This document shows, one piece after another, positions 21,596 to 32,991 of a stretch of 42,516 nucleotides of DNA. The DNA is taken from assembly GCA_009602735.1 (NCBI GenBank), contig WELA01000281.1:200519-243034 (forward strand), given 5' to 3'. A program made the position numbers and the translations under genes. How positions within the stretch are numbered: position 1 is the stretch's first letter; every line of letters starts with the position of its first letter. This DNA comes from Mesotaenium endlicherianum. Taxonomy: Eukaryota. A model generated the notes under the pieces. It saw only the letters and a list, made by a program, of their open reading frames with translations, did no database searches and was not told the origin of the DNA.

Positions 21596-23276
21596 ATGGC
21601 GCCCACCACACAAAAGGAGGACAGAAAGCGCAAGGCGGAAGAAGCCAGGAGGACAATGGAGCAATACCAGAAGGAGCTGGCGGCGACGTCCCTCACCAGG
21701 AGAGAACAGGAAAGGGTCCGCAGACAACAAGAGGCGGCAGAAGAGGCACAGAGGAAGAAGGATCAGGAAGCGGAAAACCTCAGGAAAGCTGAGGAGGAGA
21801 GACAGAAGAAACAACAAGAAGAAGCGGCAGCGGCAGAGGAGGAGAAAAGGAAAAAGATTGAAGCGGACAGACAGAAGAGCTTGGCCACTTACAGGTATAC
21901 TGTGGTGGGTGGCCAAAACTTCGATAACCTGAAGGAAGCATTGCTGGCAGCCCAGGAGATCAACAGGCTGGAACAGACAACACTGCTACAGAGGGAAGGA
22001 GCTGCAGCACTGGATAGGTACATCGAGACACACACCGGCGTGGTCCTTTACGAANAAAGATTATGCCAAGATGGTGGGCTATACAGCGGAGCAGGCCCGG
22101 TATCTTGCAGATGATTGAGAGGACAAGCCGGTCCCCATACCGGGAATAGTGGGAGATCAGAGACTCATCCGGATGGTGAGCATGCGGCCCGATAGCTTTA
22201 AGGATACGGTATTCTACCTCACACTCCTGCCAGCTTACAATGAAGTTGAGAGAAGGAGCTGGGAGTACTTGGCCAGGGAAGCAGGACAGCAGATGTTCTC
22301 TCCCCACTGGTTCCCGTGTAAACTGAGGAAGGCTGAGCACGGACCCCAGTACTACCAGCAGCCAACAGACTGGAGGTGGATGACCGTCACAAATAAGAAG
22401 CAGGAGTGTGACCGAGCCCAACCGGATGACTTCCACTATGGCCTAGACGGCTATCTCATCCTACCACCTCACATTGCCCCTTGGGATCCCAGGCTGAATG
22501 GATGCCTGAGCAATATGAATGCAGAGACCAAGGAACATAGGAGGAGGGGAAGAGAGTACTTCTCTAAGGGAAAGCATGCCTTTGTCAAATGGGCAAAGAA
22601 TGCAGGCCGGATAGATATCAGTAGGCTGAAGGCCAAGCAACCTCCAGCGCGCCCTAAGAAAGGGAGGTCGGTAGACTACTCCATGTCTACTAGGGAGCAG
22701 GACGACTTAGTGGACGAGACCCCTACTTTCTCCGAGGAGGAGGATGAGGAGGATGAGGAAGAAGAACAAGGCAGAGGAGAAGCATCAGCAGCAGGTACTC
22801 AGGATACCCAGGGGCAGGCAGGGGCGCACCCTAAAGAACCACAATCAGGTATTTGGAATGTGATCCCCGTTATGGCGACAACTGGACCCAGCGCTCGCTC
22901 CCCCAGCCCACCTGCCCAAGCAGGGGAAGAAGCTGATCTGACGGTACTGGGCAGCAGACACAGGCAGAAATCCCCAGAGGACAGGGGTGCCAGAAGAGAG
23001 ACACGCGGGTGGGCCAGAGGTATGCCAGCCTCCCCCTCCGCTCAGGGGCATGTACCTCTAGCCAATGTATTTCAGCATCCTACTGGAATGCCTGTCTATG
23101 TGGGGATCAACACCCAAGTGGTTGAAGAACAGGCTACCATCCTTCGTTCTCCTCGAGGCCCAACTTTAGAGCAAACAGGGTTCTTTAGAAGGCCAGCTGA
23201 CAGACCTAGAGGGCTGTCCAGATCTAGGTCCAGATCTCCGTCTCCTGATCCTGAAGCCCCAGGAACAACCCCCTAA
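21596..23276 (+). CDS. Retrotransposon accessory ORF3 of unknown function (~559 aa); broken in this assembly by a single N (22055) and one in-frame TGA (22116)
   Basis: Removing the N joins ORF 21572-22114 to the frame of ORF 22149-23276 (..VLYE-KDYAKMVGY..DD*EDKPV..). Coiled-coil N-terminus, aromatic-rich core, acidic tract, RS-rich tail. It lies between the pol stop and the PPT. Confidence 0.78.
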
Positions 23277-23374
23277 GGTGACAGGCTGAGAAGACAGTCA
23301 GTAGGGGAGGCTGGGCAGGGTCAGTTCCTTTATTTAAGGCTTTGGCAGTTTAATGTTGTCGAGGCGACAACAAG

Positions 23375-23389
23375 TTAAGTTGGAGGGAT
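23375..23389 (+). promoter_or_regulatory. Polypurine tract preceded by a hairpin
   Basis: ttaagttggagggat abuts the LTR TG at 23390; an 8-bp hairpin tgttgtcg-agg-cgacaaca lies at 23354-23372. Confidence 0.8.
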
Positions 23390-23895
23390 TGTAATGAATC
23401 AGTATATTAGTGGATATAATATTCATTTAAATATAATAGTTAATTAAGTTCATCCTGCTGAACTTGAAGTTAATAGTCAGTCTGCTGGACTTTACATAAT
23501 TATCAGTTTAATGACTCAGCCGGAAGCAGCAGGCTGAAGTCCATATAAGTCAGCTTGCTGACCCATTCTTTGACAGCCAGCTGACTTCCGTACTCGGTAG
23601 CAGCGAACTGCCTTGACATACACCTAAGTACGATATGCTAGATGAATGGCCAGATGACATCCCTATGATGGATGGCTATTCGGGATGATGGGAGATGGCG
23701 GTGGATTTGGTTAACCGAGGTCCTACCAACGTGGTTAACTCCCGGGTAGGCGGTGCCATCGCACTGACCGTTGAACAGTAAACTCATTCCATGTACATAT
23801 GCTAGGCATTGCTCTCGAGTTCGGCATTCGGAAACGAGGCCAACTCTCTTGTACAGCTTACTGAGAGAGATCTGAATCCAAGGCGAGAAGCCATT
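23390..23895 (+). repeat. 3' LTR, truncated at its 3' end
   Basis: Matches the family LTR up to ...gagaagccatt, then about 36 nt of unrelated sequence. Confidence 0.92.
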
Positions 23896-23931
23896 CTTCC
23901 AAAGCTTCCTGAAGAGGTTGCTCTTCTATTA

Positions 23932-24300
23932 TACAATGAATCGACTTACAATAAGCGACTAAGAACTAATATAAGATCTTCATATCACCAAGTAATCTTT
24001 GTGGTCTTTTTTGGTTGAGTAATTAATCAGCAAAAGACCACACAAGTAGCGTAAGCAATACTCACAAGTCAAATGCAAGTAACGAGCATCAATCATGCAA
24101 TCAGTTAAGCAGTTCGTGTAACCACTTGCAGCCTTGAATTCATATTTTCTCTCAGTAGTCTGAACAGAGAGTTGGCCTCGTTTTCGAATGCCGAACCCGC
24201 GGGCAATACGTAACATATGTACATGGAATGAGTTTACTGTTCAACGGTAAGTGCGATGGCACCCCCTACCCAAGAGTTAACCACGTTAGTAGGCCCTCGG
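23932..24300 (-). repeat. Older, diverged LTR fragment of the same family (3' half), inverted
   Basis: tacaatgaatcgacttac...gagagttggcctcgttttcgaatgccgaac...ccctcgg aligns to 20301-20696 with many substitutions. Confidence 0.88.
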
Positions 24301-25085
24301 TGTAATGAATCAGCATTATTGATAAATGTGTTATTAAGTTCAGTCTGGTGAACTTTAGTTAATAGGAAGTCTGCTGGACTTTTAGGAATATTCAGTATGA
24401 TGACTCAGCTGGGAGCAGAAGGCTGAAGTCCACCATAGGTTAGCTTGCTAACACATTCTTTGACAGTCAGCTGACTGCCGTATGCGATATCAATAAACTT
24501 CCTAGTCATGCAATCAAGTGTGATATGCTAGTTGAATGGCCAGATGACACCCTCGGGTGGATTTGCCGTTCGGGTTGATGGGAGATTGCTGTGGATTCTG
24601 TTAGCCGAGGTCCTACCAACGTGGTTAAGTCCCGAGTGGGCGGTGCCATTGAATAAGAAACTCATTCCATATGCATAGGCTAGGTATTGCTTTCGAGTTC
24701 GGCATTCAACTATGAGGCCAACTCCCAGGTAGGCGGTGCCATCGCACTTGCCGTCGAGGAGTATTTCCATATACATAGGCTAGGTATTGCCCTCGAGTTC
24801 GGCATTCAAAAACAAGGCCAACTCTCCGTACAGCTTACTGAGAGAATATCTGATTCCAAGGCTACAAGCCGTTACACGATGTGCTTACTGTCCTTGCTCA
24901 CGTATGAGTTTACTGATTGCATGTTGATGCTCGTAGCTTGCATTTGACTTATGAGAATTGCTCTTGCTAGCTGTGTGGTCGTTTGTTGATAAATAAGTTA
25001 AACAAAAAACACCATAAAAATTACTTGCTGATATGAAGATCTTTTATTTATTGTGAATCACCTGTTGGTAAGTCGATTCATTTCA
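24301..25085 (+). repeat. Diverged 5' LTR of a second, older copy of the family, with an ~90-bp internal duplication
   Basis: TGTAATGAATC...GATTCATTTCA termini; the block cggtgccat...ggccaactc is duplicated at ~24641 and ~24734; damaged PBS tggtagc at 25087. Confidence 0.9.
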
Positions 25086-25111
25086 GTGGTAGCTCTTATC
25101 ACAGTTTCTGA

Positions 25112-26567
25112 ATGATAGCGGAGACCCGGTCTCAATTTAGCAACTCTCAAAACATGAAAGGTCAGGATAATGATATCATAGAAAATCAGGCGAAGAGCCA
25201 GGTGATAGGACCTCGTACTTACGTTGATGTCTTAGCAGACGCTGCAGCTAGAGAAGCTGCAGAGGAAGCGGCAGTTATTGCTGCAGAAGCAGCCCAGCAG
25301 GCTGAGGAAGAACGCATCAAAATACAAGCTTAGCGTTTAGCTAAAGCAAGGTAAGATGCAGCAGCAGAAAGGAGACGTGGGGCTGATGTCGAAACGGTGG
25401 AGGAGTTAATGGCACGATGGTCCAATCTTCAAAACCCACCTCCCAATGTCGCTGCTGATGTACCTCTTGCTCAGATTTGTAGACAACTGAGTGGAGCGGG
25501 AATTGCTAATGCAGCAGTCAGAGGAAATGCCGAAGCTGCTACTGAGCGATTGAATGCTGCTTCTGCTGCTATGGCTGGATTGCCATCTCAGAAAGTCAAT
25601 CTGGGTGCATTATGTTTTCAAATCCAGTCTCAGATGACTATGATGTATCAATCCCAACAGGAGGACAAAGGATGCCAATGTTGCGTGATATGGACCAACT
25701 GGGTTCTCAAGACTACTGGCGGTGGCAGAGAGCTTAGTAAGCCAAAGTCTAAGCCTCCTCATGACTATGACCCTGAGGGGAACAAGAAATCTTATCTGAT
25801 CAAATTTCTCGCTGATGTTGAGCAGTGGTTGGAGAATTAATCACAAGAGCACAACTTTGAGAAGGTCAAGCACACTAGAACGTGCTTTGTTGAAAGGCAG
25901 CGCAGCAGACTGGTGGCTCTACTGAAAAGGAGAGCGTAAGGCTAACCAACTCGGTGACCCCTCGTGGGTAGAATTCATTTAGAAATCGTATGAGAAATTT
26001 GATGTGATCAACCAGCAGGAGAAAAGCTATCTTTGGAAGGCAGACCACTTGAGTTGCTGAGTATGCTCAAAAGTTTCAGGAGAACATGATGAAGCAGCCC
26101 GCGTTGCCAAAGTTGTATAGGATAGCATAGTTCAGGTATGGCTTGAAATTTGAGGTCTCAAGTTATTTTGCTGAGAAGAAGTATGACAAGCTTGTTGACT
26201 TGATCCGAGACACTGATGCTTGGGATCAGCAGCAGTTCAACCATGAGCGCCAAAGTAGTGCTTTGGTGGCTAAGATTATCAAAATCCACATGGTTCCTAC
26301 AAATTACAATACCATTGAAGGAGACCGATTTGAGGATGACGAGATGGATGAGCATGAGTCTTACGGTATGAGTACAATGCTATGCAATCTTGGGGGAGGG
26401 ATGGATACTCTCAAGGAGGCTCTGGTAGAGGTGGTGGTAGGACTAAGGCGAGATTAGCCTCAGCAAAATCAATTTGCTACCATTGCCAAAAGAGAGGCCA
26501 CTACCAAGAGGACTGTTCTAGCAAGCACCTACCCATGGTGAATCAAAAGGATCAGCCTTTAAAATAC
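25112..26567 (+). pseudogene. gag: Degenerate gag of the older copy
   Basis: Colinear with 15132-16595 ([38 protein letters not shown]), with many stops and frameshifts. It ends just after TTTAAAA at 26558-26564. Confidence 0.92.
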
Positions 26568-26982
26568 TGTAACGATCCGCCTCGTGGCCAAATGCGGCGC
26601 GTGTGACACGTCGTGGATGCAACCGAAAGTGTTGGTTTGAATTGTAAGTACAACTTGTGCGCGATCAAAGTAGTAAGTACCTCAAGCTACATTTTTGTTT
26701 GTATCGCTACGTTGGTATTGGAGCGCGAACGTACACAACGATGTCCAGGAGACGAGCGTTTACATCTCGCGGGGTGCGAAACTCGTCGATGATACAACCA
26801 TACGGCGATCTTTGGATTGTACAAAGAAAGGACACTATCTTGAAACAACGTCCTTCGCGCCGCCGGGGCCTAAGTGCTCGAGACGTGCACACTAGTAGGT
26901 GGGAGGAGTGTAACAATCCGCCACGTGGCCGGATGTGACGCGTTCGACACGCTGCAGATGCGACTGTTTGAGTTTAAGTTGT
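26568..26982 (+). mobile_element. TRIM-like non-autonomous LTR element (second LTR truncated)
   Basis: LTR1 26568-26711 (tgtaacgatcc...gtatcgctacg); PBS-like TGGTATTGGAGC 26713-26724; PPT aggtgggaggag 26897-26908; LTR2 from 26909 (tgtaacaatccgccacgtggcc...), alignable to LTR1 for about 75 nt. Confidence 0.78.
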
Positions 26983-28623
26983 GGGGTGGCGGGGGTGGCC
27001 CTTACCCGCCCGGCCCCTGTTGCCAGGTTGTTTTCGTTTAGGGAGTGGTCGAGAGTGTGCGAGAATGTGCAATTTCGCTCAGGCTTGCGTCAGAATAAAG
27101 AAGACTCTGATTGGCCCTCGCCTTTACGAGGAGCCCAAGTCGTCAGGTGGCGGGGGTAATTCTGACAAGCCCGACTCCCTTGACTTCCTCTCGTCCCCCC
27201 GCTTGTGTCTTATTGGTCAAAAAAAACATATAAGGTACACCCGCGGGCGCCGAGAGCGAAACATAACGTCACTTTCACGAAAGTTTGCGTCATCCGCGTC
27301 AGCCGAAATTGTGTCACATGCTAAATAACACCTCCCAAATAACACCTCCCAAATAACTATAGGAATTTGGGGCACCGCAATACCAATCTTGGACTCCCCC
27401 CACCCGTCGATTTCGCATAGAGGGTCGGCAAAAATTGTGTCTCCGCCGTCGAGCGAGCCAAGGATAACCTTGGCCCAAGTCGGGTGGCGGGATGGCCCTC
27501 GCAGGGCCATCTTCGTCCCTCGACCAATCAAATGTTTTCATTTAACCCACAAAATATTGCCGAGGCTTGCCCTCAGTGTCAACCAATACTTGACAGGCAC
27601 AATCTAAGTTTTCATCTACTTGCAAGCAGCTCAACTGCTTGACAAAGGATTAAGCGCCCATAGCTAAGATCCTTTGGGGTTTAAGCTTCACAAGGCTTAA
27701 CTCCGAGAAGGTTGGATACTTGGGGTCCTGGCCTTGCGGGGAAAATCCTGCAGGCGGTCATCCCCAATGAAGTCTTGACCGTCCCTATTTTCTCCCGTCC
27801 AGGATTAGATTTTACCATCACTCACGTTTAATCTGCGCACGTGCACGAGGTCGGCGACATGTGCCACCATGTCGGCAACATGTCGGCCAAATCTGGCCGT
27901 GGCTGGAGCGACCAATTAAAAAAGTCAAACCGGATCCTGATTGTCAGAGGATTGTCAGATCGCGTATACAAGCGAGAACGACTTTCCTTTTAAAAGTCAA
28001 TATCTTCTCGGTTTTAGAAACGGTTGCCGGCAAGCGACTTTGGAATGTAGTGCTTTAAGTGGTCTATTCTGATTGGTTCGGGTATTTGACGATTGCTTAA
28101 AGGGTGCATTTTGATTGGCCACTGTTTTCTTTATTTGCATGTAACTAAGCGGAGATGAGGCGGAGTGAGGCCGAGGAATGCCTTTCTCCGCCCCCAACTC
28201 ACAGGCGGAGAAATGGTCATCTCCGCCTTGAACAAACCTCCCTGAAATGCGGCTAGCTTCACTAGATCAATCTCAGAGTGACGCTGCACATCGAAACTAA
28301 CACCCAAACGTCAACTGGACTAAGTCGACTCACACGCTTGCACACGACCACCTAAAGGATTTCACACACTTAAAGTAAATAGAGCTGGAGCTGCTTATTT
28401 TCTACACGGTTGCCGAAGTTGACCCACCGTAGCCGCCGTGACGAGATTTTAAAATGGTTAATCAAATTTGATTTAAAGGTTGAATCGCGGTTCGACTTAT
28501 TCCGTCGCCAAACAAGGAAACGTTCAACCGCGAACGGAAGGACAACGTGCGCGTCCGTGACTGGGGTGTCATGTGCTTTTGGGATGAAGGGCTTAAGGTT
28601 TCGCAAAAATAGGAGTTCGGTGC

Positions 28624-28964
28624 TTAGGGTTTACAGTTTATGAATATAGCGCTTAATACTTTAGGACTTAAGAGTCTGAATGCAGAAAATTAGGGTTTAG
28701 GATTTTCGGATAAGGGGTTTTCTTGTCTTTTTATAGGGTTTCGGGTTTAAAGTCGCCACTCCTTGTTCCGTACGCCTGAATGCACCTGAAGCATGGCTAG
28801 CCCAAGCAAATGTATGCGCTCGCTCGCGCGGTTGGTTGGTTGCATGGGAGGTGCCAAGTAGTGACTTGGAAGTGAAGTCCGTCGCCGATCGACGCCGATC
28901 ATGTCGACTCCGAAAACAGAAATAAATCCAAATAAAAAACAGATCCGTCCGGTCCGGAGGCCCA
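28624..28964 (+). promoter_or_regulatory. Telo-box and site II motifs upstream of SDHAF4
   Basis: TAGGGTTT at ~28625, ~28691 and 28734; AGCCCA at 28799 and GGCCCA at 28959. This combination is known from plant housekeeping and mitochondrial gene promoters. Confidence 0.4.
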
Positions 28965-29230
28965 AAGTTGTCGTCGTTCGCCCCTCTCTGCAACTCCCGC
29001 GAGCGACCAGAGAGTGACAGATCCGCGTGCACGGTGTTGCTCTATTGCACCTTCTAGCTTTTACATGCGAGGGGTCCGTGTAGTCTTTCATTTTGAAAAA
29101 GAAGCTCCCGGGTCCTGATTCTCTTCACGAACATTGCGCTTTAGGTTAGAACAAAGAAAACCTGTTGCTGGTTGTGTTTGGAAGTTCAAAATCTTCAACG
29201 TACTTATTGCGTTTTCACAAAGAGTCATCT

Positions 29231-29794
29231 ATGTCTCGAGTCATTCGTTCCTGTCGCCCTTTGGCGTCCTATTTGGGAAACTTCAGCACAAGCGCATCCA
29301 CAGCTGCATATATGCGTCCTGCTACTGCGGATGTTTCGCATGTTATAGGCTCCAGTAGCTCTGTCTCATCCCTTTTCCCGGCTTCACCTGTCTCCTCCTC
29401 TCGTCAGTATCCTTCTACCCCCCTTTCAGTTGCGTCATCTTGTGGATTTGGTTCGTTACAGTTAGCTACTCTTCAAGCACCAACACTTTTGAAGTCTGGT
29501 GCACCCGTCACTTTGGAAGGGCTTGGCATAAAGTTCTCTACTGCGTCCAAAACCTTGTCAGATAAGGCATCAGAAGGTAACAGCAATACGCTGCCTGCAG
29601 TTGGAAATCAGGACGCTCCTGAGAGTAGTGGCGAAGGTCCAAGAGAAATAGAGTCGGAGGAGATAGAAGGGGGGGATGAGGAGGAGCCAATTTTAGACCG
29701 GAATGAGTCTACTGGTGAGATTGGTGGTCCTCGAGGTCCTGAGCCTACACGTTATGGCGACTGGGAGAAAGGTGGCCGCTGCTATGACTTCTAA
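29231..29794 (+). CDS. SDHAF4: Succinate dehydrogenase assembly factor 4 (DUF1674/Sdh8), mitochondrial, 187 aa, single exon
   Basis: C-terminal signature [26 protein letters not shown]; Ser/Arg-rich N-terminal presequence [13 protein letters not shown]. Confidence 0.93.
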   Translation: MSRVIRSCRPLASYLGNFSTSASTAAYMRPATADVSHVIGSSSSVSSLFPASPVSSSRQYPSTPLSVASSCGFGSLQLATLQAPTLLKSGAPVTLEGLGIKFSTASKTLSDKASEGNSNTLPAVGNQDAPESSGEGPREIESEEIEGGDEEEPILDRNESTGEIGGPRGPEPTRYGDWEKGGRCYDF

Positions 29795-31674
29795 GAAGCT
29801 CATTAAGCTTGGCCTGTTTCATAGCCGTATTGCATGGATGCAGTATTGGTGGACTTAAGGTGAACTTTTTCACTTCGCTGTACCCTATGTGATCTTTGCG
29901 ACAACAATTACTTGCTGCTGATTCTTCGTTTTATATTTCAAAAGTATGGAGCAAACAGTAAATTCAGAGGTTCTAATACGAAACTGTTGGCTGGTCCGTT
30001 GTGTTTGCAAGTGGTCTATTTGACCGGGACGTCTCTCCTTCAGCGGTTGGGCTCATTATAGACTAGAGTAGGTAAAGAAGTTCATCAAGCAGTTAAGTTC
30101 TCCAAAGCTGAAGTTCTGGACTCCCCTGGTATACAACATGCATATAGTTCTTGTATATTGTGTGGTATATGGCATATGTTTTCAATTGCATCAGTAGGAC
30201 CACTTGCTGGGACTAAAGATTGTGCTGGGAAGTGTTTTGCTGAAGGTGATAGAGATATACTTATGGAGTAGTGCGTGATGTTCTTACTCCCATGCCTGTC
30301 AGAGTTGACTTCCTCAAATTATCACTTACGCCTTGCCTTAGAATAGGACTGTAAATGTGTGTGTGTGACGCAAGATGTGTGCTCGACTGTGGTGGATCTG
30401 AGTTGTCCTTGTCCTAAGTTCTCCTTTCTCTACAGAATGAAGTTATATTCCGGAGCGTTGATTGCAGATTTTCATCTACTATATGCTATGAACATGAAGT
30501 ATTCCAGTTGAGTGACTTTGTGCATATTACAATGGACTCAGCAACAACAGATAATAAGGCAGCATATTACGTCCCCGTGCAATTTTTGTGTGCCTAGATG
30601 TACTCGAAGAAGCATGCTGCCTCCAATTGCCCTTGATCGTTCAATCGCAGCATAACGGCACTCCTGTTATATACATGCCTGAAGGTCAAGGTCAAAGATT
30701 TTCGTTGTCAATTTTAGATGGCATATTCCACAATTGCAGTGGACAATCTGAACGCTAGCACCTGCAGAGGGATACCCTGACAGATGTTCAGCTCGCGTCT
30801 GCACTTGCTGCAGGAGAAACAGTGCTGAAAATAAGCTCATCGTCCCAGATACTGCACTGCATGTCACCTCATCATTGTATCACTGATGTATGCACCCCTT
30901 ACAACGCGTGTCATCTGATGGAGGGAGCACCACTAGAACGCACGTCACTGCGTCTGAAGCACCTGTAATTCAGTCTTGTATATACCCGAGGACAGCGCTA
31001 ATCTTTAAGAATGGAATGTTGCTTTTGTCACTGCACTGAAAGAATGTGGTTACTTCTGCAATGGCGATCCTTTCCATGAAGCAAGCGCACCAGCACCTCC
31101 GCTCCTCGCGTCCACACCCCAAACACAACTGCCCTCTGTCTTCCCATGCACTTGACCAAAGCAGGTCCTCTAGAGACAGACTCCCGCCCTCTTGCTGCTC
31201 CCTCCCCCCACCCCCCCCGCTTGATCACGCATTACCAGGTCTCCACCTTAAGATACATATCTTGAGCTAGCTCTACACTGGGAGCTCCTCCCACCAACTC
31301 CAGCTTATTCATCACGCAGTGCCCTACTGCCACGTGGCTGCGTCGCCGCGTTACTGCGTCTTCATGCCCGCAGCGGGAACGACCCTGGTTGAATGAAGCA
31401 GTCGAATGGGATCTTTAAAAAGACTCCGAGACTCCGGACCATTAATGGCCACAGCTTCAACAGGGGCACGAGAGCAGGCGGTGGACCACGTGGGGCGTTG
31501 GCCTTGACCAAGTAAAACATGATGTTCTGAAGCACTCGGACGAGTCAGAAGGAGCCCCTGTTGATTACCACGGCTCCGGCAGGGGCTCGGACAATGGCCC
31601 CCAGATTGACGTGAAGTGACGGCCCAGATTCAGAGACATCTCCGAATGAGAGTCGAAAGAGGCCCCCCGGCCAG

Positions 31675-31854
31675 TCACCACGGCTCAGGCAGAGGCTCGG
31701 GCGGGGGGGCATCGGCGGAGCTGGGCAGCAGCCAGGCCTGCTCCACCATGAGCAGCTGCAGGCGCTCCAGCAGGGCTGCCAACGCAGCGTCTTCGCGCGC
31801 GCCGAGCGCGTTGGGCACCGCGCATCCGCTGGCCGCCACCTGGCGCTTCTCCTC
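31675..31854 (-). CDS. Transglut_core2/SirB1-TPR family protein, last exon
   Basis: gagcAG acceptor, phase 0; EEKRQV...EDAALAALLERLQLLMVEQAW...PEPW*. Confidence 0.8.
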   Translation of the reverse strand, partial: EEKRQVAASGCAVPNALGAREDAALAALLERLQLLMVEQAWLLPSSADAPPPEPLPEPW

Positions 31855-32863
31855 CTGCTCACGGGGCTCGTCAGGGTCACCGGTTAGGAGCCATTAGGAA
31901 CAGAGGGGAGCAAGCAGCCCCCCTGTTGGCCACCCCGTCTCTGCTGCTGAAGTCTTGACACGCGCGCGCGCAGCCGAAGATGCAAGTGTGAGCCAGGGGT
32001 ACATCCAAACTCATTGACTCATATGCTTCTCATGCGCGACGGATCAGGCACGCGCACGTCTATGCATGCCCTTGCCGCCCTGGCCCTGCTGAGCCCTAGC
32101 GCAATGCTTTGTCAGCATGCCAGCCGCAGAAGTCTTCAGTCAATTCCTCTGGAGAGGATTATTGTGCGCTTGTGCTGTCTTTGTCTCCATGACCCGCACC
32201 ACTTGCCCCCCGTGCAAGAGGAACAAAAGGGATGCCTCCTGCTTACCGAAGGGCAGCTTGAAGAGACAGAGAAGCAAACGCTGCCGTCCTAATGACAGAT
32301 GATGCCATCCACCCATCCGATCCGATCTCTCATTTTGCAAACAGATTTGACATACTTTAGGGCCTAGAGCCCAACACCTTCATAACAATCTGACTTCATC
32401 CATTCTTCTCTCCATCTGTCCACTCATCCTTCCTCCACTATCCACCCACCCATCCTCCGCCCATCCACCCGACCGGCCATGCAGCCAAGCCCATGTCTCT
32501 CTCTGCTCGAGCTCTCCCTCTCTCTCTCAAGTAGCTCTGACACGTGCCCCCACACAAGACCAGCGTACTGTCGGGTGGGGGTCGCCCTGAATTTACGAAA
32601 CGGGAATCTCCTGAACTTAGGCGATAGGGTTTTCCTAATCTTGATGTTCACAGTTTAGGGTTTGCGGGTGCCTGGGCAGGCCCGTGACCGGCCCTCATCT
32701 GGCGGGAGGCGGGGGCGCAAGCAGGGAGACAATCCTGGGCCTGGGGAAACAGGGAGTTGTGGGCCGCTGTGGGGCTGCTATGGGTCCGAGAATTGGGGTT
32801 AGGGTTTGGGTATCTTTTGGGTCCGAATTTCGGGGCAGACGCGGAAGTGGGATATACACGCAC

Positions 32864-32991
32864 TGCGCGGGAGGCGGCGTAAGCAGAGAGGTAGGCGTAG
32901 GCTTGGGGGTAGAGGCCGCTGTGGAAGAGCAGGACGCCGTAGTCGCGCCCCTCTTGCGCGTCCACCCCCAGCATCACCAGCCGCTCACACG
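32864..32991 (-). CDS. Transglut_core2/SirB1-TPR family protein, exon (TPR-like)
   Basis: (A)CERLVMLGVDAQEGRDYGVLLFHSGLYPQAYAYL; phase 1 in, phase 0 out; GTGCGT donor. Confidence 0.87.

Larger units (their letters stand above)
14690..23895 (+). mobile_element. Ty3/gypsy chromovirus LTR retrotransposon, young and near full length, carrying an extra ORF3
   Basis: Order is LTR, PBS, gag, pol (PR-RT-RH-IN-chromo), ORF3, PPT, LTR. The segments shared by the 5' and 3' LTRs differ at about 3 of 190 nt. Confidence 0.95.

Noticed and set aside
22055..22118. Programmed frameshift or readthrough in ORF3
   Set aside because: The frame break coincides with an assembly N, and the TGA is most simply a CGA or TGG transition; sibling copies are needed to decide.
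21596..23276. ORF3 as an envelope protein
   Set aside because: No signal peptide or transmembrane segment is visible, and the protein is highly charged.
23390..23895. Retrozyme hammerhead or Cassandra-type 5S sequence in the LTRs
   Set aside because: No CUGANGA plus GAAA core and no 5S similarity was recognised by eye on either strand.
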